From Nitrospirota bacterium (GTDB taxonomy: Bacteria; Nitrospirota; UBA9217), in NCBI GenBank assembly GCA_963754875.1, contig CAVWHO010000022.1:152985-216984 (forward strand): a stretch of DNA of 64,000 nt, given 5' to 3'. A program made the translations under genes and the position numbers. Below, in pieces: positions 38,396-50,856 of the stretch; the first letter of the stretch is position 1, and every line of letters begins with the position of its first letter. The notes beneath the pieces were generated by a model. That model was not told the origin of the DNA. It did not search any database and worked only from the letters and a program-made list of their open reading frames with translations.

Positions 38396-40084
38396 TTAAG
38401 ACGAAAGGGCGGACTTGCTCGCGATAAGTTTTCTCACGTACAACTGCTGCACGATCGAAAGAACGTTGGAGAGGGAAATATAGAGCAGGAGCCCGGCCGG
38501 AAGCCATGCGAAGAGGAAAATAAACGCAATGTTCATGAACATCATGATTTTCTGCTGCTGCGGGTCCACGGTCGTGGAGGTCATCTTCATGGTAAAGATC
38601 ATGCTCACGCCCATCAGCACCGGCAGGATATAGTACGGATCATAAACGGAGAGGTCCTTGATCCAGAAAGAAATGAACGGCGATTGACGCAACTCGATGG
38701 ATACGGACAGCACGTTATAGAGGGCGACGAAGAACGGCAGCTGCAGCAGCATCGGCAGGCACCCGCCGAGCGGGTTGACTTTGTGCTCCTTGTACAGTTT
38801 CATCATTTCCTGGTTCATCCGCGCAGCGTCCTTCTTGTACTTTTCCCGCAGCGCCGTCATCTGCGGCTGGATCTTCTTCATCTCCTCCATGGCCGTAGCA
38901 CTCTTAAGCGACGGATAGAACAGCAGTGCCCTGACGACGATCGTCAGCAGGATGATCGCGATGCCGTAATTTTTCGTGATGATATAAAAATTTCTCAGGA
39001 GCCAGAACATCGGCTTCGCCAGGATACTGAACCAGCCGTAATCGACCATCTGCTCCATACCATGGCCCTGCTTCTGAAGGAGAGTAAAACTCTTGGGGCC
39101 GGCATAGAGTGAGAAGGTGTGCTCTTCGGGTTTTTCCTTGACCGTGAGGTCCGTGGTGAGCAGGTCGCCGATCTCCTTCGGGGCAGGCACCTTTTTCGTC
39201 GTGATGATGCCGTTGCCGCCGTACAGAATCGTGGCGGTAAAATACTTGTCATCCTGACCGAACCAGTCAATGACCCCGGTGTGCTGTTCCTCGCCTTTGA
39301 TGCTGCCAAGCTTGTCGGAAGTCAATTTGCCGTCGACAACGGTAACGAGCCCCACCCGGCCGCTGGCGTCCTTGCTTACCTTGTCGGCAAGACCGAAGTC
39401 CGTTCCGAGAGACAGCGTATAGCCGTCGAGCCCTTTGGTTCGAATGTCGAAATCGATCTTATACGAATCGTTATGGAAGGTGAGGCTTTTTTCTATCTCA
39501 ATTCCCGCCGGTCCCTTGTAGGTGAGGACCAGGGTCTCCGACGGCTTGTCTTTGTTCAGCTGCAGCGATTCGTGATCGGCCCGGAACTCAACCTGGGCGA
39601 GCCCGTACAGGGCTTGATTGAGCGGTGCCACGGTGAGCGGAGCGACCATGTCCTTTCGGTCAATGCCCTCGTACACCGGCAGGAGCTGCACGTTGCCGAG
39701 CTCTTTCTTCGGTTTCGCCGGAGGGGCCTGGCCCGTGATCCGCTTATACAGGGCCATGAGACCAACCTCGGTCTTGTCGGCCTCCCGGTAGTGCTTTAAT
39801 TCCCATCCGGAGATGACGCCGCCGGCGGTATTCACCCGGGCTTTGACAAGATCCGTTTCGATTACGATTTCCTTTCCTGCGGCCGCCTGCACGATCTTTG
39901 ACGCAACGGCTTCGGGACGCACGGACGGGCGCACCGGTTCAGCAGGCTTTTGCGGTGACGTTCCCTCTTTAGCCGTTTCAGGGACTGCAGGTTTCTCCGG
40001 CGGCTTGGGCGCGAAAAAACGCACGTAGACTAGAAAGACCAGCAGGGCGAGTGAAAGCGCTAAAATAAATCTTCGTGTTTCCAT
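38396..40084 (-). CDS. yidC: Membrane protein insertase YidC
   Basis: YAGPK, DYGW, NYGIAII, NPLGGCLP, DPYYILP, LPAGLLLY. Confidence 0.97.
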   Translation of the reverse strand: METRRFILALSLALLVFLVYVRFFAPKPPEKPAVPETAKEGTSPQKPAEPVRPSVRPEAVASKIVQAAAGKEIVIETDLVKARVNTAGGVISGWELKHYREADKTEVGLMALYKRITGQAPPAKPKKELGNVQLLPVYEGIDRKDMVAPLTVAPLNQALYGLAQVEFRADHESLQLNKDKPSETLVLTYKGPAGIEIEKSLTFHNDSYKIDFDIRTKGLDGYTLSLGTDFGLADKVSKDASGRVGLVTVVDGKLTSDKLGSIKGEEQHTGVIDWFGQDDKYFTATILYGGNGIITTKKVPAPKEIGDLLTTDLTVKEKPEEHTFSLYAGPKSFTLLQKQGHGMEQMVDYGWFSILAKPMFWLLRNFYIITKNYGIAIILLTIVVRALLFYPSLKSATAMEEMKKIQPQMTALREKYKKDAARMNQEMMKLYKEHKVNPLGGCLPMLLQLPFFVALYNVLSVSIELRQSPFISFWIKDLSVYDPYYILPVLMGVSMIFTMKMTSTTVDPQQQKIMMFMNIAFIFLFAWLPAGLLLYISLSNVLSIVQQLYVRKLIASKSALSS

Positions 40085-40097
40085 GAAACCTCCGAAA

Positions 40098-40307
40098 CTA
40101 TTTTACCGGGTCATATCCCCCGGGATGAAAAGGGTGGCATTTGGCAATCCGTACGACCGTCATCCAGAGCGCCCGCAGCGCATGTTTCTTTTCGAACGCC
40201 TCAACTGCATATTCCGAACAGATCGGGGTGAACCTGCATGCTGACGGCAAGAACGGGGAGAGATAGCGCTGATAGAGGCGGATGATGGAGATAAAAAAAC
40301 GGTTCAC
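40098..40307 (-). CDS. yidD: Membrane protein insertion efficiency factor YidD
   Basis: [11 protein letters not shown]...[13 protein letters not shown]. Confidence 0.96.
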   Translation of the reverse strand: MNRFFISIIRLYQRYLSPFLPSACRFTPICSEYAVEAFEKKHALRALWMTVVRIAKCHPFHPGGYDPVK

Positions 40308-40672
40308 GGTCTGGCGCCTTCCGGATTCCGGTTGAGAAGAGCGGTTTTTCGGAGAACAGCCTCCACGGTCTTCATGATCTGCCCATAGGGTGCATCGTAA
40401 AGCCCCTGCCGCGCCACGAAGACCAGGTCATACGCCAGCGAATGGCCCTTGAGCACCGTCATGACGCAGTTACGAATCCGCCGCTTCACCTTGTTTCTTT
40501 TTACCGCGTTCGCCAGCTTTTTGCTGACGGAGATCCCGACCCTGAAATTCCCCTTGTCGTTGGTGGCATAAAAAAGAGAAAGACCGTCAAGAGACAGTCT
40601 TTTTCCTTTCATCGCAGCGACAAATTCAGTATTTTTTCGCAACCGCTCGCTTTTCTGGTATGCGTACGGCAT
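40304..40672 (-). CDS. rnpA: Ribonuclease P protein component
   Basis: [31 protein letters not shown]. Confidence 0.95.
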   Translation of the reverse strand: MPYAYQKSERLRKNTEFVAAMKGKRLSLDGLSLFYATNDKGNFRVGISVSKKLANAVKRNKVKRRIRNCVMTVLKGHSLAYDLVFVARQGLYDAPYGQIMKTVEAVLRKTALLNRNPEGARP

Positions 40673-40694
40673 GATTTACATCCCGCAAGGGATG

Positions 40695-40832
40695 CTAAAC
40701 AGCGAGGCGCTTTCTTCCCTTGGCTCTGCGGCGGTTGATGACTGCCCGGCCCTTTGCCGTGCTCATCCGTTTTCTGAAACCCTGCGCCCTCTTCTGCTTG
40801 AGATTGCTTTTTTGTGCTGTTGTTTCCGACAT
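40695..40832 (-). CDS. rpmH: 50S ribosomal protein L34 (not in ORF track, 45 aa)
   Basis: Manual translation [45 protein letters not shown]; upstream of rnpA; SD AGGAG. Confidence 0.93.
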   Translation of the reverse strand: MSETTAQKSNLKQKRAQGFRKRMSTAKGRAVINRRRAKGRKRLAV

Positions 40833-41119
40833 CGTACCTGCTCCTTCTCTGGTAATTTGGACAGGGGGGTATTATAAGCGAAAACAAAAATATGTCAAGC
40901 GAAAATCCATGTGGAAACAGGGTTTTGACTTTGGGCCGCGTTTTTGGTAGATTGCGATACGGAAAAGAATCGTCGGATTGGAACCACCAGCCCGCGAGGT
41001 CGCGGAACGTCGGTGAAGATCATTTTCAGAATTCAACATTTTTTTAAACCGTGTTTATCTGTGTGTCCTGACGATGTCAGGACCCGTGGTTTCTTTCGGG
41101 TGCTGCCAGCGGACCAGCA

Positions 41120-41554
41120 ATGAAAAAAGGCATCGATTACATCGGCGTGGGCGTCGGCGCCATGATTTTCAACACAGACGGCAAGGTCTTCCTCGCCAAA
41201 CGCGGCAAGGGGGCACGAAACGAATCCGGCAAATGGGAGTTTCCGGGCGGCGGCGTCGAGTTCAATGAAACGCTTGAACATGCGATTTGCCGGGAGGTGA
41301 GGGAGGAATACGGTTTCGAAATCGAGGTGCAAGAACTGCTCGATGTCGTGGACCATATCATCCTACAGGAGAAACAGCACTGGGTTTCTCCGTCGTTCAT
41401 CTGCAGAATAACGTCCGGAACCCCAGACATCAGAGAGCCGGATAAGTGCGACGAGATCTGTTGGTACGCTCTTAAGGACGTACCTGAGGACCGACTCACG
41501 ATAGCGTCCAAGAAGAGCCTGGAGAGTTTACGGAAAAAAATTCGTAAGGAGTAA
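41120..41554 (+). CDS. NUDIX hydrolase
   Basis: Nudix box GGGVEFNETLEHAICREVREEYG. Confidence 0.93.
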   Translation: MKKGIDYIGVGVGAMIFNTDGKVFLAKRGKGARNESGKWEFPGGGVEFNETLEHAICREVREEYGFEIEVQELLDVVDHIILQEKQHWVSPSFICRITSGTPDIREPDKCDEICWYALKDVPEDRLTIASKKSLESLRKKIRKE

Positions 41555-41623
41555 AAGGGAAAAACAAAGCAGCTGCGTACGTTCTGTTTTTTTTCTCTGG
41601 ATCCCTGACCCCGGCCCCGTGTT

Positions 41624-42301
41624 ATGAGTAATTCTTACACCTATCCCATCGATGCCATCCTGCTTCTCGGCCCCACCGGTGTGGGGAAGAGTCCCCTCGG
41701 CGATACAGTTGCCTTCTCCGGCCTGTTCGGACGATTATGTCATCATCTCGATTTCGGCTCAGAGCTCCGCAATGCGGTCTCCGATCTCGAACGTTCCCGG
41801 AGGTATACGGCGGCTGAGCTCGATTTCATTCACGGAGTCCTGGAGCGTGGACTCCTGCTTGAGAACGAGCACTTCCCGCTCGCCAGAAAGATCATCTCCC
41901 TGTTCCTGGATCGTGCAGGGTTCTCGCAACACGACCTCCTGGTCCTGAACGGAATCCCGCGCCACGAGGGGCAGGCCCGGGACATCGAGACGATCGCAAC
42001 GATACATGCCTCAGTGATTTTGGATTGTTCTGCCGAGGATGTTTACTGCCGAATACAGGAGAATGTCGGGGGGGACAGGACGGAACGAGTGGATGATGAT
42101 CTTGAGTTGATCGGAAAGAAACTTGTCATTTTCCATGAACGGACTGCACCGCTCATCAATCATTACGAGAGGCTTCGTTGCAAAATCTACCGCATAACTG
42201 TTCAGAACACGATGACGCCGGCAGATGCCTACCTCAGTCTTTCATCGCTTGCCGCCGCTGACCCACCAGTCGCTCTTGTCGCTGAACCACCACAGCGATG
42301 A
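41624..42301 (+). CDS. Adenylate-kinase-like nucleoside monophosphate kinase
   Basis: GPTGVGKS, LNGIPR (cf. DGFPR), RVDD, RTAPLINHY. Confidence 0.75.
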   Translation: MSNSYTYPIDAILLLGPTGVGKSPLGDTVAFSGLFGRLCHHLDFGSELRNAVSDLERSRRYTAAELDFIHGVLERGLLLENEHFPLARKIISLFLDRAGFSQHDLLVLNGIPRHEGQARDIETIATIHASVILDCSAEDVYCRIQENVGGDRTERVDDDLELIGKKLVIFHERTAPLINHYERLRCKIYRITVQNTMTPADAYLSLSSLAAADPPVALVAEPPQR

Positions 42302-42817
42302 GTCGGTATCAAGGATCGTTTTTGCAAGCTCGCGTGCGGCATCGGTCTGGAGCCGCTTGAGCGAAAACTCAAGCCATTCGTCCGCATATTTATTCCCAAG
42401 GTCCTTATATTCCTTGAGGGCAAGGATCATTTCAAGTTGGTCCGCATCGCGCGCGAGTTTAGCCTCTTCCGTTTTCCCCTCGATAAATTCCAAAACCAGT
42501 TCCCGAATCTCGTTGCCGAAGGGCAATGTTTTTGCAAGATCTTCTACCGCCTTTTTCTCATTCGCTTCCACATACTTCTTGTTCACGTAATTGAGATCGC
42601 CCGTCCGCGCTTCGGGGAGATCGTGGAACAGGCACATCTTGATCATGCGATCTACATTCACGCCGGTTCCCGCTTTTCCGAGCGCATACCCGATATAAGT
42701 TGTACGGAAAATGTGCTCTGCGACCGATTCTGCGCCGGTGCCGAGGAACTGGAACCCGCTCCGCGGCGTGCGCTTGAGCATACCCGCTTCGAATAAAAAG
42801 TTTGCGATGTTTTTCAT
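42242..42817 (-). CDS. HD-domain 5'-deoxynucleotidase-like (YfbR/HDDC2 family)
   Basis: LKRTPRSG, ESVAEH, HDLPEARTGD, DADQLE. Confidence 0.88.
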   Translation of the reverse strand: MKNIANFLFEAGMLKRTPRSGFQFLGTGAESVAEHIFRTTYIGYALGKAGTGVNVDRMIKMCLFHDLPEARTGDLNYVNKKYVEANEKKAVEDLAKTLPFGNEIRELVLEFIEGKTEEAKLARDADQLEMILALKEYKDLGNKYADEWLEFSLKRLQTDAARELAKTILDTDSSLWWFSDKSDWWVSGGKR

Positions 42818-42874
42818 GACAGGATTTTATACCACGTTTTCCAAGAACTATACATACGGTTGATTATGAACGGA

Positions 42875-43231
42875 TCAGAACGTCAATCCCTGCCGCTTCA
42901 TCAAAAGCTCGCCCAGATACGATCCGGGCTTCACCTCGGAATTCTTAATCAGTTCTTTCCCTTCAAGCCCATACGGTTTAACGCAGGAAGCGCGAATATA
43001 GAATTTGCAATAAAAATTTTCTATCAGGCTTTTCATGAGCTCTGCTACGGCGAGAAGCTCTTTTGCCACGTCATGGATTTGCGAATCCTTTACGCGCAAG
43101 GTGAACTCCCTCGTTCATCCATCAAGAAAAAATCGATCTTCGCTTCAAAGGCTGCCATGTTCAAGGCAAGCTGACCGTTCGATGGCATCATGCAAATGGG
43201 TGAGACTAAATATGAACTCTTTGTTTTCCAA
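42875..43231 (-). pseudogene. Degraded DsrE-family sulfur-relay gene
   Basis: Fragments in different frames: (L/M)ENKEFIFSLTH; QLALNMAAFEAKIDFFLMDE; GVHLARKGFA; ELMKSLIE..KFYIRASCVKPYGLEGKELI..LGELLMKRQGLTF. Confidence 0.7.
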
Positions 43232-43384
43232 ACAGCGCCTCTTTAATGTTTGAGTGGTTGAAAAAAAAAGAACCCAAACAGGCTCGATAGCTGACTGCAA
43301 AGATACCATGCTTCTTTGAACATAGCTAATAAATTTTTTTATCGTATCGTTATTTATGAAACGAACAGGGTCTTGAAATGACGG

Positions 43385-43630
43385 TTATCGACAGACGTTA
43401 AATGTAAGAATCTATTATTAATATATATAATATAAAATAGCAGTAGTAGTAGTAAGCTGTGTGGATATGTTAGGACAGCAGGAAACTGTTTGAAACAAAA
43501 TCAAAAAACGGATAGAAAAAGTTCATCCCTTGTCTGTTAATTCGTGCGGATGACTCTGTGCAAAACTGCTCCACGGGATTTATGCACAGATTGTTAGATG
43601 ACAATTCACAGGGGGATGTTATCAACCGGG
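43385..43630. other. oriC: Replication origin oriC (DUE, DnaA-trios and DnaA boxes)
   Basis: AT-rich tract 43411-43437; trios TAG CAG TAG TAG TAG TAA 43438-43455; adjacent box TGTGGATAT 43460-43468; boxes TGTGCAAAA 43557-43565, TTATGCACA 43580-43588, TTATCGACA 43385-43393. Confidence 0.85.
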
Positions 43631-43975
43631 AGGCCAGGCGAACCGCCGTCCGGAAAGAATATGGAGGTGGATATGGAACACGGTCTGGCCCGCGCCGGCA
43701 CCGTTATTGATGACCATGCGGTAGCCTTTTGTATCCAGTCCTTTTTCATCTGCGATCTTCTTTGCAGTGAAGAACAGGTGTCCAACGAGTTCCCGGTCTG
43801 CCACGGTCATGCCGTGGATCTCTGGGATGTGTCTCTTGGGAACAACAAGTAAATGCACGGGTGCTTGAGGATTAACGTCCTCGAAAGCGATGACCGTGTC
43901 ATCCTCGAACACGATTTTCGACGGAATCTTTTTTTCGATGATCTTGCAGAAAATGCAGCTCGGATTAGCGCTCAC
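43622..43975 (-). CDS. hinT: Histidine triad nucleotide-binding protein (HinT)
   Basis: [27 protein letters not shown]. Confidence 0.95.
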   Translation of the reverse strand: MSANPSCIFCKIIEKKIPSKIVFEDDTVIAFEDVNPQAPVHLLVVPKRHIPEIHGMTVADRELVGHLFFTAKKIADEKGLDTKGYRMVINNGAGAGQTVFHIHLHILSGRRFAWPPG

Positions 43976-44316
43976 GCTTTCTCTCCTACCGGATTGTCAG
44001 AAAAACTTCTGAAAAAACAGCAACGAGAACCGGTGTGGCAGGCCGGGCCGGTCTGTTCAACCTTGATAAGGAGCGTGTCCTGATCGCAGTCATAGAGAAT
44101 ATCCTTGACACGCTGGACATGGCCTGACGTCTCGCCCTTTTGCCAGAACTTACGGCGCGAGCGGCTCCAGAACCAGGTGAAACCGGTGTCGACCGTTTTT
44201 CGGAGTGATTCCGCGTTCATGTACGCGACCATCAAAACATCGTTGTTCTGCCAGTCCTGAATCACAGCAGGAATGAGGCCTTTTTCATCGTATTTCAGGT
44301 TATCGGGGATCGTCAT
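43972..44316 (-). CDS. hisI: Phosphoribosyl-AMP cyclohydrolase
   Basis: [28 protein letters not shown]. Confidence 0.96.
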   Translation of the reverse strand: MTIPDNLKYDEKGLIPAVIQDWQNNDVLMVAYMNAESLRKTVDTGFTWFWSRSRRKFWQKGETSGHVQRVKDILYDCDQDTLLIKVEQTGPACHTGSRCCFFRSFSDNPVGEKA

Positions 44317-44383
44317 AGGTTGAACGACGTTGTATCACAAACGGGGAAAAATGTCCAGAGGAGAAGAAACGGAGCAGAAAATT

Positions 44384-44412
44384 AAAAACCGGTTCTCGAA
44401 AAGAACCGGTTT
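44384..44412 (-). terminator. Intrinsic terminator downstream of dsrE2
   Basis: aaaccggttct/agaaccggttt stem with a minus-strand T-run. Confidence 0.65.
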
Positions 44413-44435
44413 GTCTTACTCCAAAAAGCGGGAGA

Positions 44436-44909
44436 CTAGATGAAAAGGTTGATCTGAGCGTCGGAAGCCTCATCCAGCCACATTGCGGCGCCGCCGAACT
44501 CTACCCCGTCGACGATGTCAGACTGCTTGACTCCCATCACATCCATGGTCATCTGGCAAGCAATGAGCTTAACTCCGCTTTCTTTTGCGAGATCGAGCAA
44601 CTGTCCGATCGATGCCACGCCGTGCTTGTTGAACATGGACTTCATCATCGCGGTCGCCATCGCCTCCATTCCGGGAAGGGAACCGACAAGCGTGGGGATC
44701 GGCACCGGCATCGGCATGGCGGGATTTCCGATGGGTGATATCTTGAGCTTATCGGCATTGCCCTTTTTTATAATGTCGAGGCCGAAGAACGTGAAGAATA
44801 TGGTCACATCGACATCCATGGCTGCGGCCGTGGTGGCAAGGATCAGAGGAGGATAGGCCATGTCGAGCGAACCCTTCGACGCAATAATTGTCATTTTTTT
44901 ATTTGCCAT
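44436..44909 (-). CDS. DsrE/DsrF/DsrH-like (DsrE2-type) sulfur-relay protein
   Basis: LDMAYPPLILA, FFTFFGL, ACQMTMDVMG, NLFI terminus. Confidence 0.9.
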   Translation of the reverse strand: MANKKMTIIASKGSLDMAYPPLILATTAAAMDVDVTIFFTFFGLDIIKKGNADKLKISPIGNPAMPMPVPIPTLVGSLPGMEAMATAMMKSMFNKHGVASIGQLLDLAKESGVKLIACQMTMDVMGVKQSDIVDGVEFGGAAMWLDEASDAQINLFI

Positions 44910-44919
44910 GATATTCTCC

Positions 44920-45162
44920 TTATGCGGTTTTCTTGATATAGAAGGTGAATGTACCCGACCCCTCTTCGACTTTGAGGATTTCGTTACCCGTTCTTTTTGC
45001 CCAGGAAGCCATATCGTTCTTCGAGCCCGGATCGGTTGTCTCTACTTTTAAAACCTGGTCCTTTGAAAGTGCTTCAACTGCTTTTTTTGTTTTCAAAATA
45101 GGGAGAGGACAACTTAAACCCTTTGCATCAAGAACCTGATCTGCTTTCACATCTGCCGACAT
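44920..45162 (-). CDS. tusA: Sulfurtransferase TusA family
   Basis: LDAKGLSCPLPILK, TDPGS..D. Confidence 0.93.
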   Translation of the reverse strand: MSADVKADQVLDAKGLSCPLPILKTKKAVEALSKDQVLKVETTDPGSKNDMASWAKRTGNEILKVEEGSGTFTFYIKKTA

Positions 45163-45415
45163 GTTCGGTCACCTCCTGAAAAGTTATTATCTGGCACATA
45201 ATTATACATTGAAACAAGTGTTTTATCATACCGTTCAAGAGTTGCGAAGTCAAGCAATTTTTTAATTATCAACAGCCGGATGCAGATAAAGTGAGATGCG
45301 ATCTGACGAGCAGCAGTGCTAACATCGTAAGATACGGCCGGATACAACGACGTTCAAGCAGCTCGTCTGTTTTCTATTCAGAATGCGAATTCAGCGATGC
45401 TCTGATGCGTTTGCC

Positions 45416-45649
45416 TGTGGATAAAAATACCTTGCCAGAGGGGTCTGGTTCTGGTATAGTCTGGCCCGCTGGAAAAGGCTGCCTCACGAGACCCCTATTG
45501 TTGTGCAAGATATATGCTTAGTATGATTTACGATGACAGCAAAAGATCACGCAAAAATAGGGCTTCAAAAAGCGGACAATAAGCCTCCGAACGAGACCAT
45601 AACAATCAGAAAAAACAATAGAAAACGCGTTGTCCACAGGTGTGGATAA
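45416..45649. promoter_or_regulatory. DnaA boxes in the dnaA upstream region
   Basis: TGTGGATAA 45416-45424; TTGTCCACA 45630-45638 and TGTGGATAA 45641-45649 in inverted arrangement. Confidence 0.85.
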
Positions 45650-45697
45650 GCATGTTTGTAACCGGGGCTGTTTTTCGGGGTATTTTTGGGGTAAAGT

Positions 45698-47026
45698 ATG
45701 GATCAGGAAAGAGTCTGGGAAGAAATTCTTTTATTGATAGAAAATCGAATGTCTAAGCAGGGTTATGATACCTGGTTCAGCCAGTCGAAGCTCCTCTCCA
45801 TAGACGGCAACCGGCTGCTGATCGAGGTCCCGAGTAAATTTCACCGTGACTGGATTAAAGAGCATCACTGGAGCACGCTGACCGAGGTCATCCGGGAAGT
45901 AACGAAGCGGGATGACATGGAAATCGATTTTTTTGTCCAGCCCAAGGCGGCGAAGAAAGCCGCCCGCCAGACGAAAGAAGAGAAAAAAGAGGGGCGAGAA
46001 GAAAAAATCGGTCTCTTCGAAAAAAAATACACCTTCAACACCTTTGTGGTCGGGCCGAGCAACCAGTTTGCGCATGCCGCGGCCAAAGCCGTGGCCGACG
46101 CGCCGGGCAGGGCGTACAATCCCCTGTTCATTTACAGCGGTGTCGGGTTGGGCAAGACGCATCTCATCAACGCCATCGGACATCACGTCCAGAGCAAATC
46201 GCCGAGGATGAAGGTGGCCTACCTGTCCTCCGAACAGTTCACGAACGAGCTGATCAACCGCATGAGCCACCAGCGCATGGAGGAGTTCCGGCAGAAGTAC
46301 CGGAACATGGACATCCTCCTCATCGACGATATCCAGTTCATCGCCGGAAAAGAGCGGACGCAGGAAGAGTTCTTTCACACGTTCAACGCCCTCTATGAAG
46401 CACAGAAACAGATCGTGCTCACCAGTGACCGCCAGCCCAAGGAGATTCCGGATATCGAGGAGCGCCTCCGATCGCGGTTCGAGTCGGGGTTGATCTCGGA
46501 TATTCAGCCGCCGGACCTGGAGACGAGGATCGCCATTCTCCGAAAGAAGGCTGATTTCTGGAGCATCCGTTTGCCCGACGACGTCGCGCACTTCCTGGCC
46601 TCTATGATGAAAAGCAACATCCGGGAGCTCGAAGGAGGGCTCGTCAAGCTCGGTGCGGTCTCGTCGCTCACCAATACGGAAATCACGCAGGAGCTTGCCA
46701 AGAATGAGCTCAAATACCTGCTCGACAGCCGGGAAAAAACAATTACGAACGAGCTCGTTCAGAAGATCGTGGCCGAGTCTTTCGGCGTCAAGATCTCGGA
46801 CCTGAAGTCGAAGCGCCGCACGAAGGCTGTCGTGCTGCCGCGGCAGGTGGCGATGTATCTGTGCCGTAATTATGCCAATGCTTCGCTGCCGGAAATCGGA
46901 AATTTTTTCGGCGGCAGAGATCACAGCACCGTAATTCATGCCTGCAAAGTCATCGAGGAAAAAAAAGAAAAAGATCCGGATTTGAAGGCAAAAATGGAGA
47001 TGTTGATTAGGCAGTTAAAACATTGA
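45698..47026 (+). CDS. dnaA: Chromosomal replication initiator DnaA
   Basis: YNPLFIYSGVGLGKTHL, IDDIQF, TQEEFFHTFN, GGRDHSTV. Confidence 0.99.
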   Translation: MDQERVWEEILLLIENRMSKQGYDTWFSQSKLLSIDGNRLLIEVPSKFHRDWIKEHHWSTLTEVIREVTKRDDMEIDFFVQPKAAKKAARQTKEEKKEGREEKIGLFEKKYTFNTFVVGPSNQFAHAAAKAVADAPGRAYNPLFIYSGVGLGKTHLINAIGHHVQSKSPRMKVAYLSSEQFTNELINRMSHQRMEEFRQKYRNMDILLIDDIQFIAGKERTQEEFFHTFNALYEAQKQIVLTSDRQPKEIPDIEERLRSRFESGLISDIQPPDLETRIAILRKKADFWSIRLPDDVAHFLASMMKSNIRELEGGLVKLGAVSSLTNTEITQELAKNELKYLLDSREKTITNELVQKIVAESFGVKISDLKSKRRTKAVVLPRQVAMYLCRNYANASLPEIGNFFGGRDHSTVIHACKVIEEKKEKDPDLKAKMEMLIRQLKH

Positions 47027-47112
47027 AACTAATGGACAAAATCAGAATAAAATTTATTGCTATTTAACAGGGTTTCTGATAACATGTACGGATGTGACAG
47101 GAGGCTTCCCCG

Positions 47113-48228
47113 ATGAAACTGACAATCAAGAAAGAGGAAATCTTGAAGGGGCTGCAGAGGATCCAGGGCGTCGTTGAAAAAAAGAACACCATGCCCATTC
47201 TCTCGAACATGCTCCTCACGGCAGAGGCCAACAGTGTCGAGATAGTCGCCACGGATCTGGAGATCGGGTTGCGCGGTCGCTACGCAGCCGAGGTCGAAAA
47301 ACCCGGCGCCGTCACGGTGTCCGCGAAGAAGATGTTCGAGATCGTTCGAGAGCTTCCGGCAGAAGACGTGCAGATCAGGGTCGAAGACAGTAATTGGGTC
47401 AAGATTACTTCCGGCCAATCGCAGTTCAAGCTCGTGGGACTGCCGAAGGACGAGTACCCCGCGCTCCCCGATGTGGCAGAAGAGGGGATGATCGTCATCG
47501 ACGGCGATACCCTCCGCGACATGATCAAGAAGACACTGTACTCCGTGGGCGAAAACGATGCACGCTACGTGTTGAACGGCCTGTTCGTGCAGATGACCCA
47601 GACCAAGGCAGGCCTCAATATCCGCATGGTCGGCACGGACGGCCACCGGCTTTCGATGATCGACCGCGTAGTCGACGCCAAGCACAAGGAAGAAAGCCTC
47701 ATCATTCCCAAGAAGGCGATGATGGAGCTCCGGCGGATCCTTGAGGAAGACGCTCCCAAGGCCGAGCTCCGACTGGGCTTCAGCAAAAACCATGCGCTGT
47801 TCAAACGCGACGGCTTGGTCATGGTCTCGAAGCTCATCGACGGCAACTATCCCAACTATCAGCAGGTCGTGCCGGCCAAGAGTACGAAAAAAGTGACCGT
47901 CTCCAAGGACGTGTTCACCCATGCGGTAAAGCGCGTTTCGATCCTGTCCAAGGAAAAGACGAACGCGGTGAAGCTTCAGCTCGAAAAGGACCGGCTCATT
48001 CTTTCCACCAATAACCCGGAAGTAGGCGAAGCGACAGAAGAGCTCGCCGTGGACTACAAGGGTGAGGGAGTGGCCATTGGTTTTAATTCCCGCTATCTCA
48101 TGGACGTGTTGTCGGCCATGGACCGGCAGATGATAGCCTTGGAGCTCAACGATTCCCTGAGCCCGTGCCTGATAACGGAAGAGGGCGATGAGCATTACAA
48201 ATGCGTTGTCATGCCCATGCGTGTGTAG
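47113..48228 (+). CDS. dnaN: DNA polymerase III beta clamp
   Basis: PILSN, ATDLE, TDGHRL, GNYPNY, VVMPMR. Confidence 0.99.
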   Translation: MKLTIKKEEILKGLQRIQGVVEKKNTMPILSNMLLTAEANSVEIVATDLEIGLRGRYAAEVEKPGAVTVSAKKMFEIVRELPAEDVQIRVEDSNWVKITSGQSQFKLVGLPKDEYPALPDVAEEGMIVIDGDTLRDMIKKTLYSVGENDARYVLNGLFVQMTQTKAGLNIRMVGTDGHRLSMIDRVVDAKHKEESLIIPKKAMMELRRILEEDAPKAELRLGFSKNHALFKRDGLVMVSKLIDGNYPNYQQVVPAKSTKKVTVSKDVFTHAVKRVSILSKEKTNAVKLQLEKDRLILSTNNPEVGEATEELAVDYKGEGVAIGFNSRYLMDVLSAMDRQMIALELNDSLSPCLITEEGDEHYKCVVMPMRV

Positions 48229-48356
48229 GCACCCTGCCCGGCCGGCGCAGATAACTAGAAAGTTGTATCTTGAAAAAGTTAAAATTGTTTGAATATACGC
48301 TTGTACCTCCTTTCGTTTTCACATTTACTGCTTTACCCTGTTTATTGGCGTAGTGA

Positions 48357-50804
<2,448 letters not shown>

Positions 50805-50856
50805 AAATGCGGATTTCAAATTAAGAGCATAAAGCCATAGAGAGCAAAAGAACAAA

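Noticed and set aside
40903..40920. Third parS site (aaatccatgtggaaac)
   Set aside because: Only the central part matches; the outer arms are not palindromic
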